Source: Chrysomallon squamiferum (Eukaryota > Animalia > Mollusca). From it: DNA of 64,000 nt. The DNA lies in contig CM022670.1 in the NCBI GenBank assembly GCA_012295275.1, positions 34,162,001 to 34,226,000 on the forward strand, written 5' to 3'. The notes below the pieces were generated by a model. It had not been told where the DNA came from, did not search any database, and saw only the letters and a program-made list of their open reading frames with translations. The number at the start of each line of letters is the position of its first letter. Positions within the stretch are counted from its first letter, which is position 1. The translations under genes and the position numbers were made by a program. Shown here piece after piece: positions 55,101 to 64,000 of the stretch.

Positions 55101-58100
55101 ACACCTTTATTATTTTCAGGATTGCAGGTTATTTCTCAATTGCTTAAATAAACAGATGAATGAAAAAAGAAGGTGAGTTAGTTTGAATTAAAAATATCAG
55201 TAAATGAAGAAATAAGAGTTTTGTTACTGATAGCAAATCAAAAAATCAAAACAAAATATATGAATCAAAGCAAAAAAAAAAAAAAAAATTACTATTTATT
55301 TTTTCTATACTTCTTTTGTTTTTAATTTTTTTTTTTTAAATTTAAAATTTAAAATATTATTTCCATTTAAAAATCTAAATTAATTTTAATGAAATTATGA
55401 AAGTAAACTGAAACTTATCTATTTTTGAGAAGCTAATCATATATGCACAAATTAAAAGGTAGGGGGAAAAAAAAGATTTATTAACATTTTTTATTTGATT
55501 CTTCTTTCATTTTAGTGTTCTTTCTGTTCCTTGCATCAAGGCTATCCTTGGAAAAAGAAAGGTTATTTGATTTGTTTACTTGTTTTCTTTTCTATCTATT
55601 TTTCTTTTTCTTTTGTTGTTTTCATCATTTTTTTATATTTTTAAGATTTATATTCTTGTAATAGACATTTACATCCTCTTTTTATTTATTAACAAAATGT
55701 TTGTATTAAATTACGGGAAAAGATTCATTTCATATCATTTTCAGAATACATGTTAAACACCTTTTGTTCCAAAATAATAACTGCTGTATATTTTTTTCAT
55801 TCAAATAAACAGCTTTACAAATCAAGTTATGATTTGTTTATTGTTGCATATTAACAAATTTATTTGGTGAAATTATTCTTTTAACACAATGAGAAGAATG
55901 GAGGAGAAGATAATTATTGTCAAATACAATAAACTGTTTATTTTGTTATTGCAATGTTTTAGCTATCAAAGCCAGATGATCCTGGATACGATGATTTCTG
56001 GGTTGATTTTAATTACGGAAGCAAACAAATAATTATATTTTGTAAACGAGACAGCTCTAATGTTTACAGTCAGGTATTTTAATTACAAATTATATTTGAA
56101 TTTTCTCAGTCTTTTATGCTGAATTAATGTTTGATTCTGTTTTCACTAACAAATAATTAAGCATATCCAGAATTTATATATTTTATTTCATTTATTTACA
56201 GCTGTAGACTACATCTACTGTATTGTAATTATCTTCCTTTTTTGTTTGTTTGTTATGTAGCTTTTTTCATACAAAACCGTTTATACCATAAAATTGTATT
56301 AATCATTATACCGTAAATTTATTTAGAATAATCAGTGTTACTGAGCTATATTAATTTAATTTAAATAGACTTTCCTTTGCACAATTATGTCATTTAAAAT
56401 ACAGTTAAAATATAGTTTACTAGTTTGGCATTTTATTTTCTGTTTAGAATGCAGAATATGAAGATGTATGGGAAACCATAAGAATTAGGGACAGTGATGT
56501 TAATTCTTATCATTGTTCAGGTTTGACTAGTTCTGTTTTTTAACAAATTACTGATTTCTCTTATATATATACACATATATATTTCCAATTTATTGTTTTG
56601 ATAACTAACCTTTGTTAAAAATAAACAATCACAGCTATACCATTTTTATTCTGATGTATTTTCACACAGAAAAATGTTCAAAAAATTAATATTAAGAAAG
56701 TAATAAAAACCAGTTGACTGAGTAAACTGAATCAGTTGCCAAGCTCTTATTCAGTGACAGATTCTTTTTCATTTCTGTTTATGTTAAAGGAAATATTAGA
56801 TTCTAAATGTCACCATAAGTTATTAAGCTAATAACCTAATTAAAAAAATATGAAATAAAATTAAGCTATTTGTTTTTCCATCAGTATAGTCATAATAATA
56901 TAAAAAATTGTTAATACGTATATAATAAAAAAAAAATTATAATTTGATTTGTTAATAAACTTCATTATTAAATTGTTAATAAAATGAATATTTTAAATGA
57001 ACATCCTGTGGGAATTAATATGCAAAATGAGACAAGTTTTGATGTACATGTTTATTTGCTTTTGTTATAGAAAACAGCAAGCCAATTATAGTGACTGTAG
57101 AATTAAAGAAACATGTGAGAGAATTGTTTCCACAAATGGTGAAAGCTGAGGGTAAAGAACTTTGTTTACATTTTGAAGATAACTGGTGCATTTCTGAAGC
57201 TTTTAGAAAAACTCTTGGTATTGAACAGCAATTTGGGGTAATTCATCTGAATGTTGTATTCATTATCTTTTTGCAGTAATCTGTATTATCATTATTTGAA
57301 TAAAGATAAACTGTTTCTATATCTGTAGATCAACTACAGATATAATAATTTCAAAATTCATGCTTAATTTTGTATTTTTTAATAGCAACTAATTCTTCTC
57401 CAGTATTTAAATGTCACATAAATATGATAAAACATGAAATTGTGATAATTATTATTTTAAAACAATCTATGATTCTTTAGTTAAGCAACAAATATTATTT
57501 AAGTAATTAATATTAAAAGTTTTAATTTTACTCTTTGCTAATTATTTATTTACAACTTGAGTATCTTATCTTTTTCTCTGTACCTTCCATACATAATTTG
57601 TTAATAGTATTATTATTACTGGATAATTATATTTATTTATTAATTCAGAAAAAAGTATCATCTGTAAATGAACCACTTCATCTGTTTATGAAAAATGGCT
57701 CACTACAGGCAAGTGAAATACATATAACATTGTTTCAAACAATGAAATAAAATATGACTAATGATTTCAATAAACTTATATATTTGTTAGCTGTGCTAAA
57801 CGAAAAGAGGTTAATCTAATGTATATGTACACTAGAAAAACAACTTATAGAAATGTTAAGTTTTGATATTTTAAAACAAAAACAAAAAATCATTTTAGAA
57901 ATATGGAGTTGTATATTTTATTTTTACATATGTTTTAAAATCATTAATCTGAAGATATTAGTGAAATATCCTGATGATATTTTAGCAGCATTATAACATA
58001 TTACATACAATTTAAATTCTTGTTAAAAATACTTTAAGAGCTGAAATTTAAAAAAAAAAATGTCCTTTCTTAACTTGTTCAGAATTACTAATATAAACAG

Positions 58101-61100
58101 TTATATATTGTTCTGTGGTGTATATTTAAGATTTACTTCTTAGTAATTAAGCTTAAGTATGATAATTAAATGTTTAATCTGTCTTCTTTATTGTATTTCT
58201 TTTTGAATTTAAAAATAAATAATAGGCAGATGTAAATGGTTATTGTCAGAATTCTGCAGCCTGCAGTCAGTCACTTCCTCAAACCAATCAGAATCACATG
58301 GTCAAAAAAATATCTGTACCTGCAGATCCTATGACAGCTCCAGCAAAACATACAATTATTCAAGCCAAAGCCTTGTGTTGTCAAGTTACACCAGTTTCTT
58401 GTACATCAAATATCACTAAAAGTGTATCACCTAAGCTAAGTGTTGGCAAATGCAGTGTTAATATCCATCCAATAAGTAGCTGTGAAAGGATAACAAGAGG
58501 TATGCTTTTCTTATCTATTGTGTTTTAATACAATCATTATTTTGATAATTCTCATCATCATTAGTTGATATATTTTAATTTAGACATGGTTTTTAATTAA
58601 TATAATAATAATAATTAAACAAAAATCTTAGGTTATGCCTTGATATGTATCATGTTTCTTTATTTTTTAAAAGTTTTAGCACAGTTAAGATCTGTTGCTA
58701 AATAAGTTGCAGTGTTCACCATAATTGCTGTAAAAGCTTTACAATTTATTTTTTGGTTCAGAAGTGTAAAATATATAACTTCTATTTTGTTCAGTTTTAA
58801 TTATATTATTATTATTATTTTTTTTTTTTTTTTTTAGATTTTAAATCACCACAACCACCTCAAGATAAATTAAAACCAAAACCTAAAGTTAAAGCACCAG
58901 TTGTTATACTTGGAGAACCAAAACCCCAAAACATATCAAAAATCCAAACTCCACTTCAAATGAACAATTGTAAAGAAGCAGAAAAAGAGTCAAAAAATGG
59001 AAGTATGATTAAGATTTCTGAACTTTTAATTGTATTTTTAAATTGTTTTTAAAATAGTTCTCCAGTAAGACATGTTTATACAAATGAAATATATAGCATT
59101 TTTATGTGTGTGTGTGTGTGTGTGTGGAACTGAAATTAAATAATTTAAAAAAAAAAAATGTTTACTGCAGTTGGCATCTTTATTATATATGGCTTTTCCA
59201 ATGAAAAATCACATAAAATTAAAAATATTAAACCAGTTTTAGAAAAATATTGCCAGTTTCAGCCATTTCGGTTATAATATCCACCATGCTCTTAATTCAT
59301 TTCTCTGTGTAAATTATTTTAGTGTGTTCTGGTGAGAAAGGTAATAATGAAACACTTGTACAAAATTCTTTTTCTGTTACAGAGACAGTACAGAAAGAAA
59401 AGAAACCTAGAAGGTATAATATTATTTTTCTTCTTTGTTTATATTTCAAAGAAATTGAATTATTATTATTATTATTGTTATTATTTTTATATATTTTTTT
59501 TATTTTATGTTATTTTTTTTTGTTGTTGTTGTTGTTTTTTTTTAGAATTATTACATACATATCATATAACAAATAATTTGCTGTTTCTAGAAATTAATTT
59601 ACATCATGTTAAATTGTATTTTCACTGTAAATTCTTCATAAATGCAAAAAAATATTTGTTAATTTAAATTTTTGTCACACTTTAGAAAGTCTGTTATGGA
59701 TGACAGTGGCATTGGTCTAAATGAAAATGATTTGCTTGCTGGTTGTACTGACCAAAATCTTCAGCAGGTATAATTACATATAATTTTCTAGATTTTTTAA
59801 CTTGTTTTTGTCTGTATTTCAGTTGTTACCATTTACAGAAAACAGATGAAATCATTTTTTTATTTTTTTGTATTTTGTATTTTTATTTTTTTCATGCAGA
59901 GAAAGAAGGGAATACAAGTGGAAGTATTTGTCGGTTAGTTCAGTATTTTGTAATTCTTTAAGGCCAACAACCCAGACCAGTATACTCAGACAAAACAAAA
60001 CTCAAATAAATTAATTCATCTTCTAGAAATTTAGTTCTTTAAAATGTAAACAACAATATGTGTATATAAATACATGTACCCACACACACACAAATATAAC
60101 TGTAATTAAAACTGTTAACTAATGTTTGTTGCATTTTTTTCTTATTTTTATTTCCAAGATGTACATGATACTGATGACATTAAAGACAAAACTCATAAAG
60201 ACAAAAGCAGAAGAAACAGAGTAAAGAAATCCAAAGAGCACAAATCTAAGGAAAATAAGAAAAACAGGCCAGATGGAACCAACCTAAGGAGTAAGAAATA
60301 TAATCATAAATGTTTTTCTGACAGTTTTTCTGATTCATCTGACAAAGAATCAGAGAGAAATAAAAACAAATACACAAAAAGTAACATGAAGAATTACAAG
60401 TCACCACCAGAGAAACTAATAAAGGAAAAAGCCACAAACAAGAAAACAAATTTTTCTTCAGATGTCAGTTTACAAAATGATAATGAAAATAACTGCTTGG
60501 AAAATAACTCAGATCAGATTGTATATGAAACTCAGGATTTTCTCATAGAAAATTTGAAAGATGATGTTATCTGTTCAGAGCAGTCCAGAGTATCTGATTC
60601 ACAGACCTCTACTAAAAATAATAAAAAACTGTTCACAGACAAGAACCCAGTGAACTCAGTTTCACAATTAAATCTCACCATTACAGATATGGAAACAGAA
60701 ACCATTGATAAACTTAAAAAAGATGAGCAAAGAAAACAAGCCGAAAAAAGTACAAAATCTTTAAATAACTCAAAACCTTTAAAACAGGCAAATAAATTGA
60801 ATGAAAAGGATGCATGTGATGAGCAAAAATTGACTGAAATAAATAAAGCTAAAAATTCAAGAAACTTAAGTTCTCCCGTTTCTTCAGAAAAGTCTAGCAC
60901 TAATAAAAGATGTAAATATAGCAGTGATTCCGATAATTTAAACAGATGTGAATTACATCAAGAAATGAGTAGTTCTGACAATAATATAGAGACAAATTGT
61001 AAACATTCATCAAACAATAAAAAAATAAATTATGACAGTAATCTTAATTCTCTCACTGACAGGGAAAAACAAACACATACAAATAATGACAGTATTAAAG

Positions 61101-64000
61101 ATATGAGATATGAAAAAACTTCTGGTATCATTGCTAAATTTTCAGAGGTTAAGGACAGAAAAGGTCCAAAATCATGTCAGCTAAGTAAGAAATCTAGAGA
61201 CAAACAAAACTATTCTAAATCAAATAAAATACGAATGATTGATGTGACTAATGTGTTACAGCATAAAAATAAATTTGCTTCACAACAATTCAAATCTCCC
61301 ACAGATGCAGAGGTATTTGGAAAAAGGACTGACAGAATGCATTCTCCACAAATACTGATAACAGATTTACATTCTAAATCAAAAGAGTCTAGTGTGAATG
61401 ATAAGATTAAAGACAATACTGGAATAAAACATGCTGCAAAGCATAAAGCTAAGAAAGATCACCATTCTGATTTAGAGAAAAATATAGCTAAGAATTTTAC
61501 TTCTCCAGATTCTGAAGCAAGTATTTTACCCAAAAGAAGTAATCAGAGAGAAAAGGAAATTGAATCAAAATCTCAAAGAGTTCTCAGGAAGAGAAAGCCA
61601 TCTAATAAAAGTTTATATGTATTTGATAGTCCATGTAGTAATATTTCTGTTGAAGAAATAACTAATAAAGAAAATGTAAAACCAAAAGCTAAGTTTAATA
61701 AGGCTACTGGCATTTCCCCTATTAAAACTGTAAATACTAATGCAGCTTCAAAACACCAATTTTCCAGGTTGTTACATTTATCCTCTTTTAATACTTCTTC
61801 AGAAAATAGTCCCGATCCCTATGATTTTGATGCAGAATTGAGGAATAATTCTCAATACTCTGCACAGAAACCATGGAAAACATCAAGGATTCAAATTCAG
61901 AGTAATGCAAGAAGCAAAAGCACTGCAACCTACAGTCATAATATATTACAACAGAAATCAAGAAAAACAAAAGCTGGCAAACAACAGACCTCAGAAGTAA
62001 CTGTAACCTTAAATAAATGGAAATCATTTTCTAAAGAGCAGAAACCTTTTGTAAGTAAGGATGATAATGTTGATAATTTTGGATTTTCTGTAACAAATTC
62101 TCAGACTGTACAGAATTCAGCTACAGACATTTCTGATCATTCTCAGGACTGTTTGCTAGTGGGTTGTAGGAAAATGGCAATGATACGAGAAACTTGCTCC
62201 CAAGCAGGTGTTCATCAGACTAAGAGGACCGAAACAAAATTAGTTGAATGGACTGAACATCAGGTATGTTTTAACTTTAAACTATCTTCTGGATGTTTTG
62301 TATGTAAAATTAGTATTATATTTGTTAAATGGCTAAAATAATTAAATATTTCTGACTATAGTATAAGAATATTAGAAAGTGTCCTAGAAGTTATATGCAG
62401 AGCCTAAAAATGTATTTATTTATTTATTTACTGTTTTTATTTCTTGTAGAATATTCAGAAGAAATCACCTTTCCAAAAATTACTATTAGCAGAAACTGAT
62501 GAGAATCACCAACAGAAAAAAGTCCAGAAAAAGATAGATCAGAAATAGAATCACCAGAGTAAGCAGTTTGTCCTAATATTTTTTGTACCATCTCTCTTTA
62601 ACAAAGATAATCATTGATGTTAAATAAAAACATCAACTGATGCCTTATAATTTATGATTTTATTCTTAAATTTAGTAATGGTTAATTTGCATTCATAATA
62701 TTTATAATAGTTATTCTTTTTAATAAATACAAGTTCTTCTCACCATAAGAGTAATCATTATCTTTTAGCAGTAAATAACTTACATTCATCTTTAATAACT
62801 TACAACTTGTTTTATAAATATTTTTGTAATATTTATTTCACATTTTAGAAAATTTGTTCTGGAAGCTGATGAATGTAGCAACAATGATGTTCTAAGTAAT
62901 TTTTCTGCTGCCTGCAAAGTATGCTCATTCATCTAATTTATTTTTTCTTTAAATTAAATAAATTAATAAATAATAATAAAAAATATAAAAAAACTTACCT
63001 TTAAATAATCTTTTTTTAAAAATTATTTCAAATATATTTTTTTATTTAGAAAATCCTTTTTTTTTTGCAATGCTTCACTGAAGTATTACTACCAATAGAC
63101 TAACATTAAATAAAAATCTTTCTTAGATCTCAGTTAATCAAAAATTATTTTTGTTAGAGTTTGCTTTTGGAATCATCTTTAAAAGAAAGTGATCAATCCA
63201 ATCAGAACGATGTCTGCAACAGGTATTTCACTTATTACTTGTTAAAGAACCATTGCATTTATTGCATTTTTTAACATGTAATACAAGGCATATGAGGTAT
63301 ACTAAACTATGGACAAGAATATTTATATGAATGCCAGCAATAAATGATATTCCAATATCATTTACTGATATAAATATAAACAGTAGAAACGTGCTTAGAG
63401 ACCTAACTTTTAAATAAACCTTAAACAAAAATAACACATAAAAAGAAACATAACTGTCCACAGTTACTAAAATTCATAATTTCATACATTTATTTTTGAA
63501 CTTTATGAAATCGAAAATAATTGATAACCATCCATAATATTTTTAATACATAAAAATATTCACTATTCTTTTATTATTATTGCTTTTAGGAGTGAAGTCA
63601 GCTGGTTCACCAAGAAACAGAAAAAGAAACCTAATGTTAAAGTCTATCAAAAACACAACAAAGTTATTGAGAATGAAGATGATCTTACATTTAGTTCACA
63701 AGTATGTGAAATTATATTTATAAAGCAGCTGTTATTATTTGAATTCACTTAATTATTTTTGGAATTTTGTATTTGACTATGAAAAGACAGTTTCTTAATG
63801 GTTCAAACAATTGTAAAAATATTACTATTATTTTATTAATTTCAGCCATAGTATTTTGGTATACTTAACAATTTTTTTTAATATATTTATTTTATTTTAT
63901 TTTATTTTATGTTTGGATCTTTTTTTTTTTTTATTTTATTGCTCTTTATCTGAATGTTAAAATTATCCAAATTTGTGTTTAGGAATTGGAACTATATGAA
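50768..64000 (+). CDS. SYCP2: SYCP2/SYCP2L-like synaptonemal complex axial element protein, 5' portion, runs off the window end; carries three apparent lesions (see findings)
   Basis: The spliced translation GDYEFQVGALECIFRL...IKDENFETDCRLFLNCLN...SVPC...DDFWVDFNYGS...WETI...EGKELCLHF matches my recollection of vertebrate SYCP2 (GDYDLQV...IKDSEFETDCRIFLN...FPC...EFWIDFNLGS...WEAV...EGKELLLYF). This is the armadillo-like plus Spt16M-like N-terminus followed by a long disordered K/S/N-rich region. Not confirmed by search. Confidence 0.88.
51530..51649 (+). CDS. SYCP2: SYCP2-like exon 2 (ECLFIKDMDHIL...FELSQ)
   Basis: TTTTAG|GAA ... CAG|GTATTA, 120 nt, open in phase 0. Confidence 0.7.
51804..51947 (+). 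CDS. SYCP2: SYCP2-like exon 3 (ILSKTVPAEERV...SLLIL); donor uncertain
   Basis: Strong acceptor (pyrimidine tract + CAG). The phase-0 end is followed by ATAAGT rather than GTAAGT, and the nearest GT (51952) is out of phase with the next exon's CAG acceptor. Confidence 0.6.
52573..52665 (+). CDS. SYCP2: SYCP2-like exon 4 (QVSVLLSS...LLEELLEIIN)
   Basis: TTTTCAG|CAA ... AAT|GTATAT, 93 nt. Confidence 0.7.
52988..53012 (+). CDS. SYCP2: SYCP2-like 25-nt microexon (ALCDGCPK)
   Basis: TTCTTCAG|GCA ... AAG|GTACAA; the phase 0 to 1 change fits both neighbours. Confidence 0.7.
53345..53430 (+). CDS. SYCP2: SYCP2-like exon 6
   Basis: TTTTCAG|TT ... GAG|GTGAAG, 86 nt, phase 1 to 0. Confidence 0.75.
53942..54030 (+). 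CDS. SYCP2: SYCP2-like exon 7 (VIKSYNILLEDCP...)
   Basis: TTGCAG|GTT ... CT|GTAAGA, 89 nt, phase 0 to 2. Confidence 0.82.
54337..54371 (+). CDS. SYCP2: SYCP2-like exon 8 (KQLFNLIFHVG)
   Basis: TTGCAG|G ... GAG|GTAATT, 35 nt, phase 2 to 1. Confidence 0.82.
54705..54847 (+). CDS. SYCP2: SYCP2-like exon 9 (DYEFQVGALECIFRL...KDENFET)
   Basis: TTTACAG|AT ... ACT|GTAAGA, 143 nt; most diagnostic SYCP2 motif. Confidence 0.9.
55120..55172 (+). CDS. SYCP2: SYCP2-like exon 10 (DCRLFLNCLNKQMNEKR)
   Basis: TTTTCAG|GAT ... AG|GTGAGT, 53 nt. Confidence 0.9.
55516..55561 (+). CDS. SYCP2: SYCP2-like exon 11 (VLSVPCIKAILGKRK)
   Basis: TTTTAG|T ... AAG|GTTATT, 46 nt. Confidence 0.85.
55963..56073 (+). CDS. 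SYCP2: SYCP2-like exon 12 (LSKPDDPGYDDFWVDFNYGSK...)
   Basis: TTTTAG|CTA ... CAG|GTATTT, 111 nt; FWxDFNxGS motif. Confidence 0.9.
56448..56520 (+). CDS. SYCP2: SYCP2-like exon 13 (NAEYEDVWETIRI...)
   Basis: TGTTTAG|AAT ... CAG|GTTTGA, 73 nt. Confidence 0.85.
57071..57237 (+). CDS. SYCP2: SYCP2-like exon 14 (...VTVELKK...EGKELCLHF...)
   Basis: TTATAG|AA ... GGG|GTAATT, 167 nt. Confidence 0.85.
57649..57708 (+). CDS. SYCP2: SYCP2-like exon 15 (KKVSSVNEPLHLFMKNGSLQ), probable GC donor
   Basis: TTCAG|AAA ... CAG|GCAAGT, 60 nt. Confidence 0.75.
58226..58499 (+). CDS. SYCP2: SYCP2-like exon 16
   Basis: AATAG|GCA ... GAG|GTATGC, 274 nt open frame (includes ORF 58298). Confidence 0.75.
58838..59002 (+). 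CDS. SYCP2: SYCP2-like exon 17
   Basis: poly-T AG|AT ... A|GTATGA, 165 nt, phase 1 to 1. Confidence 0.75.
59323..59413 (+). CDS. SYCP2: SYCP2-like exon 18
   Basis: TTTTAG|TG ... AG|GTATAA, 91 nt, phase 1 to 2. Confidence 0.72.
59686..59767 (+). CDS. SYCP2: SYCP2-like exon 19 (KSVMDDSGIGL...)
   Basis: CTTTAG|A ... CAG|GTATAA, 82 nt, phase 2 to 0. Confidence 0.75.
59900..59933 (+). CDS. SYCP2: SYCP2-like exon 20 (RKKGIQVEVFV)
   Basis: TTCATGCAG|AGA ... TCG|GTTAGT, 34 nt, phase 0 to 1. Confidence 0.68.
60159..62263 (+). CDS. SYCP2: SYCP2-like giant exon 21 (2105 nt; K/S/N-rich disordered region)
   Basis: TTTCCAAG|AT ... CAG|GTATGT; core of the 739-aa ORF; in phase with exon 20. Confidence 0.88.
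62450..62558 (+). CDS. SYCP2: SYCP2-like exon 22 (apparent 1-nt frameshift inside)
   Basis: TTCTTGTAG|AAT ... GA|GTAAGC. It is 109 nt where the flanking phases need 110, and all three frames hit stops. Confidence 0.6.
62849..62918 (+). CDS. SYCP2: SYCP2-like exon 23
   Basis: TTTTAG|A ... AAA|GTATGC, 70 nt, phase 2 to 0. Confidence 0.72.
63158..63222 (+). CDS. SYCP2: SYCP2-like exon 24
   Basis: TGTTAG|AGT ... AG|GTATTT, 65 nt, phase 0 to 2. Confidence 0.72.
63590..63701 (+). CDS. SYCP2: SYCP2-like exon 25 (SEVSWFTKKQKKK...)
   Basis: CTTTTAG|G ... CAA|GTATGT, 112 nt; EVSWF resembles the [DE][IV]SWL motif I recall from vertebrate SYCP2. Confidence 0.78.
63983..64000 (+). CDS. SYCP2: SYCP2-like exon 26, truncated by window end
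   Basis: TGTTTAG|GAA TTG GAA CTA TAT GAA, phase 0. Confidence 0.55.

Noticed and set aside
60246-62027. Antisense ORFs opposite the giant exon
   Set aside because: Shadows of the biased sense-strand codon usage.

Overview
AT-rich, microsatellite-dense animal genomic DNA (invertebrate-like, possibly lophotrochozoan; the taxon cannot be fixed from sequence alone). There are two intron-containing genes in head-to-head orientation. (1) A complete glial-cells-missing (GCM) transcription factor gene on the minus strand, with a predicted non-coding first exon at ~23212-23285 and five coding exons from 20130 down to 12506 (633 aa, all splice phases consistent). (2) The 5' part of a SYCP2/SYCP2L-like meiotic axis gene on the plus strand, from ~50.7 kb past the window end, with ~26 exons that I reconstructed by hand. 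Between them lie ~27 kb without recognisable coding sequence, dotted with CpG-rich islands that look like gcm enhancers. Main points of interest: the divergent GCM-SYCP2-like pair matches the human GCM2-SYCP2L arrangement, and the SYCP2-like model has three apparent single-base lesions while gcm is clean. There is also a sharp CpG-rich/CpG-poor boundary at ~51 kb and a tRNA-type SINE whose A and B boxes are pushed apart by a minisatellite. Exon models and homology calls are by eye, without database searches. Most ORFs in the supplied track are simple-repeat artefacts.
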